A stretch of 64,000 bases of DNA, taken from an uncultured Acidobacteriaceae bacterium. Its GTDB lineage: Bacteria; Acidobacteriota; Terriglobia; Terriglobales; Acidobacteriaceae. Where the stretch lies: assembly GCA_963827415.1 (NCBI GenBank), contig CAWHBA010000021.1, positions 163,288 to 227,287 of the forward strand. The letters are read 5' to 3'. Positions within the stretch are counted from its first letter, which is position 1; every line of letters begins with the position of its first letter. Position numbers and translations under genes: made by a program. The notes under the pieces are model-generated. The model worked only from the letters and a program-made list of their open reading frames with translations, made no database searches and was not told the origin of the DNA. Shown here piece by piece: positions 31,101 to 40,135 of this stretch.

Positions 31101-31736
31101 GACAACCAGTGGCTGGAGAGGATTCTCGGCGGCTGGTCGCTGAGCGGCATCTACCAGTACCACACGGGTTTCCCGTACTCGCCGACGTATGGTATTGGAC
31201 AGTCCCTGTACTGCACACAGTGCGGATACTTCAACATCCGGCCGAACTATGTGAACAAGGGCGGGAGTGATCACAGCAACCACGCGTTCATCAACGGAAC
31301 CAACTTCGCGGGCATTACCAGCGCCGAGTTGAAGCAGGTGTCAACGGTTAATGGCAGCGTGACGATTGTGCAGTACGCGAACAAGTTCTTTGCAACTCCG
31401 AACTTCGCGAGCGCGATGCAGGCTGCCACCGGCAGTGGGTTCCCGAATCCGAATAGGGCACTGCCGCCACCGCCGGGGCTGGGACGCAACGCGTTCGTCG
31501 GGCCGAGCTACCGCGGCTTTGACTTCTCCCTTGCGAAAGGCTTCGGCTTCCCGAACACCAAGTATCTTGGTGAGAGTCCGCGGCTGGAGATTCGCGCCGA
31601 CGCCTTCAACCTATTCAACATCCTGAACCTGAACCCAACGAGTGTCAGCAACAACGTCGCGTCCGGAAACTTCGGCTCGGATCAGACGGCACTTGGCGGG
31701 CGCACGATCACCATCCAGGCGCGGTTCAGTTTCTAG
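28194..31736 (+). CDS. TonB-dependent receptor with N-terminal carboxypeptidase-regulatory-like domain
   Basis: ATG at 28194 follows GGAGG. Signal peptide ..AGVSAHAQ. ..IQGTVTDPTGALIPNAQITLTDVATNTTQTATSNADGVYNF.., and a C-terminal ..ITIQARFSF beta-barrel end. Confidence 0.85.
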   Translation: MRISLRCASGFLLGGMVSLAGVSAHAQFRASIQGTVTDPTGALIPNAQITLTDVATNTTQTATSNADGVYNFGQLPPDHFTITATAAGFTRKVLQNVAIIPEQANSINIQLALGDTSTTVNVSADTISAVDTETANIGATITSNEINHMPSFNRDVFTLSQLAPGAVSDGSQSASGGVYALPGTQGPGGSGAGGSAPTENGPQVNANGGQYETNGIQIDGISTTSAVWGGTTVITPTEESIDNVRILTNQYDSEFGRFSGAQTLVTSKSGTNSFHGSAFFAWHRPGLNAYQPAVRTSNGTRIGAPQRDNQRFNQWGGSLGAPIIKDKIWAFFAYETSPNSSTSTSTGWYETSQFRSSAPSGSIAATYLGFAGSAPSGQIVTSGETCATVGLNEGVNCRTISGQGLDIGSPLKNGLGKQDPTGTGTAVNPGVGGGLDSVADVAYYLTSTPTTSTYDQYNGRLDAQVSHKDRLTFAIYWVPSSSNFYNGGARAYNLFHHDQINNAMSGIWTRSFGATWLNEVRANAAGWRWNELTSNPQQPIGLPQDNITFFGPASGASINQFGTSIGSDLNQWTYTYRDTATKASGRHTIKFGGEYTQLRYLSNPTGRPGYNFYNIWSFLNDAPSVENGGFNSVTGRPGGSRSDERENIFGAFVQDNWKIRPELTLNLGLRYDFFGALFAKQDNIPRVMLGTGSSAFLNMNVASGHNLWESQKANVGPQIGFNWAPLHMNNRMVVRGGYGLNYNQSELAITANVANNPPTQNFVNYAFTSPTNPGTNGGNIIYAISSDIHSLNGFPPNPHAITSYNANGLPTAGNANIVIYGDGYGHVPTIYLHHFSMETAYEFGKQIVASVGYQGSLGRHLINHMNPNAAAVTSGYTLNPLVTGGDFWINEGMSNNNAMLIEVKHPMVHRFSADAQFMWAKSMDTNGSGPYYEDPYLPVYSGYSYGPSDFNVGRQFKLYGVWQPVIFHGDNQWLERILGGWSLSGIYQYHTGFPYSPTYGIGQSLYCTQCGYFNIRPNYVNKGGSDHSNHAFINGTNFAGITSAELKQVSTVNGSVTIVQYANKFFATPNFASAMQAATGSGFPNPNRALPPPPGLGRNAFVGPSYRGFDFSLAKGFGFPNTKYLGESPRLEIRADAFNLFNILNLNPTSVSNNVASGNFGSDQTALGGRTITIQARFSF

Positions 31737-31754
31737 CCTGGATATCACATTGGA

Positions 31755-31790
31755 AAGAGGGTGCTCCCGTGGGCGCACCCTCTTTGTTTC
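31755..31790 (+). terminator. Rho-independent terminator after the receptor
   Basis: AGAGGGTGC..GCACCCTCT followed by TTGTTTCC. Confidence 0.6.
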
Positions 31791-31860
31791 CATTCTCTCA
31801 AGAATCCCGAAGACGGCGTGTGGCGGACAACCTCAGGCCGGCACCATTCACAGGAAGATC

Positions 31861-33438
31861 ATGCAGACCCTCCGGAGCCCTATCCTCTGTGCCGCAGCAG
31901 CTCTGCTGGCGATTGCCGGAGCGGGCGTTTCCGCGGCGCAGGAGAGTGAAGAGATCACGATCGATGCACGCGCGAGCACGACTCCCTTTCCGCATTTCTG
32001 GGAGGAGATGTTCGGGTCCGGGCGCGCGGCCCTGGTACTGCGCACGGCATACCAGAACGATTTGACTGCGGTGAAGGCGATCACCGATGTAAAGTACATG
32101 CGCTTTCACGCGATTCTTCACGACGAGCTCGGCGTGTACAACGAGGATGCGCACGGCAATCCGGTTTACAACTTCACCTACGTCAATCAGATTTACGAGA
32201 GCCTGATTGCGCAGGGCGTGCGGCCGGCCGTTGAGATCAGCTTCATGCCAAAGAAGCTCGCGTTCAATCCGGATGATCTTCATCCGTTCTGGTACAAGCA
32301 GAACGTCTCGCCACCGAAGAGTATGGAGCGATGGGATGATCTGATTCGCGCGTTCGCGCAGAACCTGGTCGAACACTTCGGTATCGACGAGGTCGCGCAG
32401 TGGTACTTCGAGGTGTGGAATGAACCGAACATCGACTTCTGGGGTGGGATTCCGCGCATGGAGTCTTACTTCGATCTGTATGCGCACACCGCACGTGCGT
32501 TGAAGTCCGTCTCGCCACGGCTGCGCGTGGGCGGCCCAGCGACGGCTGCGGCTGCATGGGTGCCGGAGTTTCTGAGCTATGCGGCGGAAAAACATGTGCC
32601 GGTGGATTTCGTAAGCTCCCATGGGTATGACGATGAGCCCGTCGAGCGGCTGCTCGGGAAAGACCAGCCGCTGCGTGACAAGGACATCATTCAAGAGGAC
32701 CGGACCTGCGCAGCAGTAGCAAAGGTGCGGAAACAGATCGATGCATCGAGGACACCACATCTTCCGCTGCTGTGGACGGAGTGGAATGTGCCGGGCAAGG
32801 ATAGGCTGCGCGATACGCCGTACGTGGGGCCTGCGTTGGCCGAGGCCATTCGGACGTGTGATGGCCATGTCGATATGCTCTCCTTCTGGACCTTTTCAGA
32901 TGTCTTTGAGGAGGGCGGACCGGCGCAGCGTCCGTTTCAGGGGCAGTTTGGCCTGAGGGCGACTGGAGGTATCAACAAGCCGAGCTTTTACGACTTCGCT
33001 CTGTTGCACGAACTCGGCGCAGAGCGGATTGCTAATCCGTCGCACAATGCACTTGTCACGCGCAGGAGTGATGGTTCACTCGCGATCGCGCTGTGGAACC
33101 TCGCCTCGGTCGATGAGCCGGTTCAATCGATCTCTACGCATCACGTGACGTTGCGGATTGCGGGTGTTGCGCCGAATGCGGTTGTTTCAATGCAACAGGT
33201 CGACGAAGATCATGGCAACACGATGAAGACCTACACTGGAATGGGAAGCCCGCGATATCCGACGCGCACGCAGGTTCAACAAATGAACGCCGCGTCTGCC
33301 CTGCCGGCGCCGGATCATCTCACTCTTCACGACAACATTCTTAAACTTGACCTCAAGCCCAACGAGCTGGTGCTGCTACACGTTGACGGTGGAACGGCAA
33401 CGCACAGCAGACCGAGTTCCACTCATCCACAGGAGTAA
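31861..33438 (+). CDS. GH39 glycoside hydrolase (beta-xylosidase-like), secreted
   Basis: Signal peptide MQTLRSPILCAAAALLAIAGAGVSAAQ; FEVWNEPNIDFW (acid/base) and LLWTEWN (nucleophile region). Confidence 0.75.
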   Translation: MQTLRSPILCAAAALLAIAGAGVSAAQESEEITIDARASTTPFPHFWEEMFGSGRAALVLRTAYQNDLTAVKAITDVKYMRFHAILHDELGVYNEDAHGNPVYNFTYVNQIYESLIAQGVRPAVEISFMPKKLAFNPDDLHPFWYKQNVSPPKSMERWDDLIRAFAQNLVEHFGIDEVAQWYFEVWNEPNIDFWGGIPRMESYFDLYAHTARALKSVSPRLRVGGPATAAAAWVPEFLSYAAEKHVPVDFVSSHGYDDEPVERLLGKDQPLRDKDIIQEDRTCAAVAKVRKQIDASRTPHLPLLWTEWNVPGKDRLRDTPYVGPALAEAIRTCDGHVDMLSFWTFSDVFEEGGPAQRPFQGQFGLRATGGINKPSFYDFALLHELGAERIANPSHNALVTRRSDGSLAIALWNLASVDEPVQSISTHHVTLRIAGVAPNAVVSMQQVDEDHGNTMKTYTGMGSPRYPTRTQVQQMNAASALPAPDHLTLHDNILKLDLKPNELVLLHVDGGTATHSRPSSTHPQE

Positions 33439-33443
33439 CGCTC

Positions 33444-35046
33444 ATGAGAACGGTGCGCGCGCTCACGGCCATCTTCACTGCCACACTGATACTCGGTCCA
33501 TTCGCGATCGCGCAGACTGCGAACTCCGTTCCCGTCTCACTCACCATCGATGCCACCGCACCGACGACTCCGTTCCCTCACTTCTGGGAAAAGACGTTTG
33601 GATCGGGACGAGCCATCCTGTCACTGCGGGAGAGCTATCGCACCGATCTCACTACCGTGAAGGATGCGACGGACTTTGAGTCGATCCGCTTTCATGCGAT
33701 CTTTCAGGACGAGGTGGGGCTCTACGATCCAGACCGCAAGAGCATCGAGTTTGCGCAGACTGCGGGCAAGACTGGCACGACTTCGCAGAATGACTCTGCT
33801 TACAACTTCTCCTACATCGACCAGATTTACGACGGACTGCTGGCGCGACACGTGCGCCCTTATGTCGAACTAAGCTTTATGCCGCGTAAGATGTCTGCTG
33901 ATCCGAATAAGCTTCATCCGTTCTGGTACCACCCCAACGTGTCACCGCCGAAGAACTACGACGAGTGGGATGCGATGATTCGGGCCTTCACTCAGCACCT
34001 GGTGGCGCGCTACGGGCTTGATGAAGTCGCGACGTGGAAGTTCGAGGTGTGGAATGAACCGAATCTCGACTTCTGGGGCGGCGAACCGAAGCAGCCTACT
34101 TACTTCGAGCTCTATGATCACACTGCGCGTGCAATCAAGTCCGTCTCGCCGCGGTTACAGGTTGGCGGGCCTTCGACTGCGCAGGCCGCATGGGTCACGC
34201 CGTTTCTGCAGCACGTGAAGGAGGCGAACGTTCCTATCGACTTTGTCTCCACACACGTTTATGCGAACGATACGGCGCGCGACGTCTTCGGGACAGATGA
34301 GCAAATTCCGCGTGATCAGATGGTGTATCGGTCGGTGAAGAAGGTGCACGATCAGATTGCGAGTTCGCCGTTCCCACAGCTTCCGCTCATCTTCTCTGAG
34401 TACAACGCGAGCTACGCGAACGAACCGAATGTCACCGACACAGACTATATGGGGCCGTGGCTCGCCAACACGATTCGTCAGTGCGATGGCCTTGTGAGCA
34501 ACATGGCGTACTGGTCCTTCTCCGACGTGTTTGAGGAGCAGGGTGTGGTGCGTACGCCATTCTACGGAGGCTTCGGGCTCGTCGCCGCAGACAACATTCC
34601 GAAGCCCTCGCTGAATGTTTTCCGTGCACTGCATAAGCTGGGCACACAGCGAATTCATCTGGACTCTGATTCGGCGCTCGCGACGACAGGACCGAATGGA
34701 AGACGTTGCACTCGCGCTATGGGACTATGCTCCGCCGGACGGCACGGGGCCGAGGTATACGATGCCGACAGGGCCAGCGGGACCTTCGAAGGTATTTACG
34801 CTTACACTCGAACACGTGCCGGCGAACGCTGCGGTCGAGATATGGCGCGTCGACGACGATCACGGCAACGTTATCAAGGCGTTCAACGCCATGGGGCGTC
34901 CACCGGGTGACCTAACACCGCAGCAAATTACGGAGCTGCGCGCCGCGGGCGCGATGGCTGCGCCCGAGCATGCGCATCTGACCCACGGGCGGTTGGAACT
35001 TACGGTTCCGGCGTACGGGCTGGCTGTCGTCCTGGTGGAGCGTTGA
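33444..35046 (+). pseudogene. Second GH39 glycoside hydrolase; one frameshift as sequenced
   Basis: Paralog of the preceding gene (FEVWNEPNLDFW, IFSEYN). The frame changes at an A-run near 34700 (..ALATTGPNG / ..VALALWDYAPPDG..LAVVLVER). Confidence 0.7.
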
Positions 35047-35054
35047 TTCGTCCA

Positions 35055-36368
35055 ATGGATGTGATGGACCGCCGACACGCTTTGAAACTTCTTGCAGCCG
35101 GCGCAGTGCTACCGGCACTGGCGACGCGAGCGCGCGGGCAAGGGATACAGATTGGGCCAGCCGCGCCCGTCGCATACAAGCTCACACGCGAAGACATTGG
35201 CTTTCTCGATGATCTCCAGCGACGCGCGTGCATGTTCTTCCTGGAACAAGCCAGCCCAGACACAGGTCAGGTGCTCGATCGCGCGAAGGCCTTCGATTCG
35301 CCGGGGGTCAGGGACAGCCGCCGGATGGCCTCGATTGCAGCAACCGGCTTCGGACTCACCGCACTGTGCATCGCCGATCGCCGCGGCTATATTCCGCACG
35401 AGACTGTTGTGACGCGCGTGCGGAACACCCTGCGATTCCATCACGACAAGCTGGAGAGCAACCACGGTTTCTTCTCGCACTTCAACGATGTGGAGAGTGG
35501 TGCTCCATACCGCGGGAGTGAAGTCTCTCCAATTGACACATCGTTGCTACTCTGTGGCGTGCTGACGGCCCGTCAATATTTTCACCATGATCGCGAAATC
35601 TATCAGCTTGCGACGGATCTCTACCACCGCGTCGACTGGACCTGGATGCTCAACGGTGGAGACATGTTCGCCATGGCGTGGCGCAACGGAGCTTTCGAAC
35701 GCGGGCGGTGGAACCACTACTGCGAGCTGATGATGATGTATCTGCTTGCGCTCGGATCACCGACACATCCGATTGATCCCGCGAGTTGGAATGCATGGGA
35801 GCGGCCCGTAATGCACTTCGAGGATTTCACGTACGTCTCGGCCGCCGACCCACTGTTTGTGCACCAGTACAGCCACGCGTGGTTCGACTTCCGCAAGAAG
35901 CGCGACAAGTTTGTGAACTACTTTGAGAACTCGATTATCGCTACGCGAGCGCACAAGGCGTTCTGTATTTCCCTTGGGACTCCGTACTCACCGGACTACT
36001 GGGGGATTACAGCTTCAGACACGCAGCATGGATATCGAGCATGGGGTGGGCCGCCTGCGCACGGCGGCATCGACGGCTCGGTTGTCCCCTGTGCTGCGGG
36101 GGGATCGCTTGCATTTGTTCCGGGCGACTGCCTGCGCGTGTTGCGCGCGCTGAAGCAGAACTATGGCGATAAAGCGTGGGGGCGTTATGGGTTTTGCGAC
36201 GCGTTCAACCCGAAGGACAACTGGTACGACGCCGACTGCCTTGGCATCGACCAGGGCATCACGGTGGTGATGGCGGAGAATCTTCGCACGGGATTTGTCT
36301 GGAATACATTCGCCCGCAATCCGGAAGTTGCCGTCGCGTTTCAGCGGGCTGGGTTCCGTCCGGATTGA
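35055..36368 (+). CDS. Tat-signal glucoamylase-like / GH144-like (beta-1,2-glucanase family) protein
   Basis: MDVMDRRHALKLLAAG.. twin-arginine signal. ..YWGITASD..GYRAWG.., ..YGFCDAFN.., ..GIDQGITVVMAEN.. resemble the PF10091-type family as I remember it. Confidence 0.5.
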   Translation: MDVMDRRHALKLLAAGAVLPALATRARGQGIQIGPAAPVAYKLTREDIGFLDDLQRRACMFFLEQASPDTGQVLDRAKAFDSPGVRDSRRMASIAATGFGLTALCIADRRGYIPHETVVTRVRNTLRFHHDKLESNHGFFSHFNDVESGAPYRGSEVSPIDTSLLLCGVLTARQYFHHDREIYQLATDLYHRVDWTWMLNGGDMFAMAWRNGAFERGRWNHYCELMMMYLLALGSPTHPIDPASWNAWERPVMHFEDFTYVSAADPLFVHQYSHAWFDFRKKRDKFVNYFENSIIATRAHKAFCISLGTPYSPDYWGITASDTQHGYRAWGGPPAHGGIDGSVVPCAAGGSLAFVPGDCLRVLRALKQNYGDKAWGRYGFCDAFNPKDNWYDADCLGIDQGITVVMAENLRTGFVWNTFARNPEVAVAFQRAGFRPD

Positions 36369-36381
36369 CAGCTATGCGGTA

Positions 36382-38496
36382 CTAGGATTCGCGGATCTGG
36401 AAGCGTAACCGACAGTCTTCCCCGAACCACTGAACGTAGTTTGTTCCCCAGGCGTTGTTGAAGAGATTGCAATGCACGCCCTGGCTCAGATCGGCATCTT
36501 CCTGCGAGAAGTTCAACGGGGAGCGCTCACCGAGAGCAACGACCGGAGCGTCGATTGTATCGATGAATAGAGTGTTATTGCCTGAGCGACAGCTGAAGCC
36601 GATGGACAGTCCGTGCATGTGACGGCCTCCACCGCGTACGACATCGTGCGGTGAGACCGGCTCGGAACACTTTTCGAATGTCCATTGCGTGTCTTCGGCT
36701 GTCGCCGGGTTGAAGGTGAGCCAGAGGGACTCCGGGAGACGCGTTGCGGGTTTTCCAAACCACGAAAGAGTCAGAGAGATTGTCGGCTCGGCGTCAGGTA
36801 AAGAGATCTCCAGATAGAAGCGGCGCGGAAAGGATGCGAGGCCGCTCTGGAGTGATTTCGAATCCTTGATCCTCAATTCAATGATGATGCTCTGCCCGTC
36901 GGCGGTCTTCCTGGTGTGGATCTTGTCGACGGTGGGATACCAGGTCTTGCTGAGCGCACCGATACGATCAATGTTCGGCTTGCCGAAGTCTTTGGGTGCC
37001 CAGTCGGCTTTTGAAATGATGTAGCTCTTGAGGAAGCGATCGTAGTCGTCGCTGGAGAGCGCTTGATAAGCAATCAGGCCGAGAGGCTTTTGCGGTGAAG
37101 CCCATTCGTGTCCTGAGCCTTTGCTCAACAGCCGATGAATTGCTCCGGTCGCGGGGTCGATCTGCAGGCGGAAGTGTTTGGAGTCGATCTCTCCGCCAGT
37201 ATGGGCGTGGTATCCGTCCGACGTTGATGGCTCGTGAGGCGCGAGGGTTGCGAGCGCGTCCTGGGCCTCCTTTTGCAGAGGCGCCGGCAGTGTCGCCAGA
37301 GCTGAGACGAGATCGTCCCGTTTCTCTTTCCAGCTGTAGGCAACGACCTGGTAGTTCTTTGTAGGAAGCATCGCCGCCAACTGGTTTGGTTTGTAGTTTT
37401 CGAAGTCCAACCAAGTCTTTGTATCGGTGCCCCATGTGTGTTCCGCTTCGAGAAGAAGGTCAGCGAGGAGTGCCAGATCGGTCTTGTCACCACACTGGAA
37501 CGCACCGCGTTGGATCCACTTGTTTCGAAGGCGCGAAATCTCGCGGTAGCGCGCGACCTTGATTGGATCGCTGGGCACACCGTAGATCCAGGTGTCGCCG
37601 ATTTCCTGTGTCACGACTGGAAGGTCAGCTTGATGAGGCTCAACCGCTTTCGCAATCTCACCCAGGCCGGTTGCAACGATTTCGGCATTTGGAAACTGCT
37701 GCTTCAATTCTTTGTAGATCGATTCCGTCTCGGCGAGAGTGTGCGGTCCGCTGTTGTCTCCGCGGACCATAATGGCGATCGCGAGGTCAGAGTTAGGGAC
37801 CTGAGTGACACCGCCGTAGTTGTGGTGGTACATGACAGTCAATGATGCACCGCGAGAGTCTTTCCAGAGGAATAGCGGCGGAACATTTGCAGTCCTGCTG
37901 GCGCCATTCACTCCGATGTCGAGGAAGGTTACGCCACTCGAAGCAAGCGGGCTGATCAGGCCGCGAGTGTGACCGGGTACGTCGGTCATCTTCGCGCCAT
38001 TCGTTTTCTTCCCAAATCTTGCATCGAGAGAGCGCGAGAGCGACACGCTTCCTGTGATCTGTGAGTCGTCCATGAGTTCCGACTGCCAACTGAATGGGAA
38101 TGCATGCCAGGCGAGGTCGCCGTCGGCGATCGCCTTCTCTGTGTTGTTTCGGTCTTCTTTCGAGGCTTGTTCAAGGTATTCGTAGAGGAGCCATGAACCC
38201 GTCGTCCACACGTAGCGCGGTCTTCCCTGTTCGCGCGATTCACGTCCGACCCGGATCGCTGCAGGGAAGTACTTCTGGAAGTATTTCTGGACAACGTGCT
38301 CCTGCGTGTCGACAAAGCCCGCGTCGAAGTGGCACTTGAAGATGACCAGCACACGACGGACCTGTTGCGCGGACGCTGAAGGGGCGCTCTGGATTCCCCA
38401 GGCGCGTTCGAGCGAACCCGATGCCAATGCTCCGCCCGAGGCAAGCATCGCCAGAAGAAAATCACGCCGATCAAGACGACTGCTCATAACGCTCAC
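36382..38496 (-). CDS. Tat-signal glycoside-hydrolase-like protein (GH38-N-like / DUF5054-like)
   Basis: 704-aa intact ORF; SRLDRRDFLLAML.. signal; VLVIFKCHFDAGFVDTQ metal-site-like motif near the N-terminus. The family call is from memory only. Confidence 0.4.
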   Translation of the reverse strand: MSVMSSRLDRRDFLLAMLASGGALASGSLERAWGIQSAPSASAQQVRRVLVIFKCHFDAGFVDTQEHVVQKYFQKYFPAAIRVGRESREQGRPRYVWTTGSWLLYEYLEQASKEDRNNTEKAIADGDLAWHAFPFSWQSELMDDSQITGSVSLSRSLDARFGKKTNGAKMTDVPGHTRGLISPLASSGVTFLDIGVNGASRTANVPPLFLWKDSRGASLTVMYHHNYGGVTQVPNSDLAIAIMVRGDNSGPHTLAETESIYKELKQQFPNAEIVATGLGEIAKAVEPHQADLPVVTQEIGDTWIYGVPSDPIKVARYREISRLRNKWIQRGAFQCGDKTDLALLADLLLEAEHTWGTDTKTWLDFENYKPNQLAAMLPTKNYQVVAYSWKEKRDDLVSALATLPAPLQKEAQDALATLAPHEPSTSDGYHAHTGGEIDSKHFRLQIDPATGAIHRLLSKGSGHEWASPQKPLGLIAYQALSSDDYDRFLKSYIISKADWAPKDFGKPNIDRIGALSKTWYPTVDKIHTRKTADGQSIIIELRIKDSKSLQSGLASFPRRFYLEISLPDAEPTISLTLSWFGKPATRLPESLWLTFNPATAEDTQWTFEKCSEPVSPHDVVRGGGRHMHGLSIGFSCRSGNNTLFIDTIDAPVVALGERSPLNFSQEDADLSQGVHCNLFNNAWGTNYVQWFGEDCRLRFQIRES

Positions 38497-38535
38497 CTTT
38501 CGTTTTTGGCAGAGGTGTCCGCCACTCTCATTTAT

Positions 38536-40015
38536 CTACTTGGTTGCAAGCCTTACGACAAGCGCCGATGAGGGAGGCACCAGCACCGTGGTCCTATCAT
38601 CCTTACACTCGGCCAGTTTGCTCCAGTGTCCATCCCATCCGCTTGGTGCAATAGCGGCGCCCCCAAAGGTAATTCCTTCTCGTGCCGTCAGGTTGGCTTG
38701 CGGCGCCTCGAGTGACATGCCTTCGGCTTCGCCCTTAATACCTGCCGCATGGAGGGTTACAGAGGCGCTTCTAGCCTGTGCTCCGTGCTCCTTGTTGATA
38801 AGGGTGACATAGATCTCATGGTCCGCGCGAACTGCGTACGCTGTGAGGTTGACGCCTTCGGTAGTGGAAATAGAGACCGAGTTTACGCGGCCCTGACTGC
38901 CTACATTGAATGCTTTGAAGGCGTATGCCTTCGGGTTGAAGCGGAAGGTTCCGTCCGGTGAGCGATAGATCGTGTCAGTGAAGATCCAGCTCTTGTTGTG
39001 GAAGTTGACGCCTGCAGCGCCGTGAGCTGCATGCCAGTGCAGATAATCCAATGCCCACAAGGCGGAGACAAAGGCGTTGCTCGCGCCGTCGACGCCTCCC
39101 GTATAGTCGTTGGCCTCGGTCATCCGGTAGGTGAGCCCCTCGCGTTCGACCGGCTCCAGGACGTGGTGGAAGAGCACATCGTATCGCTCTCTGGGCCAAG
39201 CTGCTGAAAGCATCGATTCGACTGCAGTGTCGACGCTGACGCCGGCAGCACTCTGGCCGGGGTAGTCGTGCTGAGTAACGAACAGCACACTGCCCGAACC
39301 CTTTTCATCGTGGGCGAATCGCTGCGTCCAGGACTGTCCGTCGAAGTCTGTGTTTTTTGTGCCGGGCACCGGGTAGTCCGAACCGGTGTCTGGACCGGTG
39401 AACTTTCGCTGCAGGCGCGCTTGCGTCGATTGCAGAGGCGAATTCCCGCCAGTCCTTAAGAAACGATGGATAGGCTGTGCCGGGAATCTCTGGCGACGTC
39501 TCTAAGATCCGAGGGTCGCGTTCGTGACCGGGTGATGTGTGGAACGAGTGCCAGTCCGGCTCGTTGCCGATCTGAAAGCAGACCAACTGCGAGGCGTAGC
39601 GTTGTTGGATGTACTGTGCAATGGCAGCATCCAGCCTCGCGTCTCCGTTCAACAGTCGGACGGTATAGATGACCTTTACGTCGGCTGCCTTCGCGAACGC
39701 GAATAGTTGATCAATGTCCGCTGGCCCAGGGATTTTGAACTCGGGACCGTCTGCTGTTCCTCCACCAACTCGCAGATTGCGAATTCCGATCGCCCGGAAG
39801 AGATCAACCAGCGGCTTGTTATCCGGACTGAACAGGTGGTTTCCCTGCTTGTCCGGATTCAGGTTTGAGGATTCAAAGCTGAGGCCGGCGAAGTCTTGTG
39901 GAATTGCGGGGCCAGGGTGGTCAGCGATTTCTACTGTGACACGCGATTGGGCCGAAGCGCACAGCACGGCAATAGAAAGCCAAACAGCGGCCAGGCAAAT
40001 CAGTTTCGGCTTCAC
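38536..40015 (-). pseudogene. GH79 (beta-glucuronidase/heparanase-like) glycoside hydrolase; one frameshift as sequenced
   Basis: GTG 40015 follows GAGGTG. Signal MKPKLICLAAVWLSIAVLCASAQS; ..VCFQIGNEPD.. and ..LTYRMTEANDYTGG... The frame changes at an A-run near 39405 (..SAPAAK / FTGPDTGSDYPVPGTKN..). Confidence 0.7.
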
Positions 40016-40048
40016 AAACACCTCTGAGAACGTAGGTCGCTCTTTGGC

Positions 40049-40072
40049 TGTCAATCTATCACAATTGATTAT
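40049..40072. promoter_or_regulatory. Shared 24-nt operator-like motif, copy 1
   Basis: The reverse complement reads ATAATCAATTGTGATAGATTGACA. Abuts the TTGTCA -35 of the plus-strand promoter. Confidence 0.45.
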
Positions 40073-40073
40073 C

Positions 40074-40102
40074 TTGTCAGCCGTCCAATTCCAGCCTATA
40101 GT
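40074..40102 (+). promoter_or_regulatory. Sigma70-like promoter candidate
   Basis: TTGTCA (40074-40079), 17-nt spacer, TATAGT (40097-40102). Confidence 0.45.
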
Positions 40103-40135
40103 CGGTCATAGCGTCAGGAGAAGATCAGGTCCTAA

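Noticed and set aside
29337-32868. Minus-strand ORFs (452 aa and 356 aa) opposite the TonB receptor and GH39
   Set aside because: They are antisense shadow ORFs (Arg/Val/His-rich) with no start context. The plus-strand products are unambiguous.
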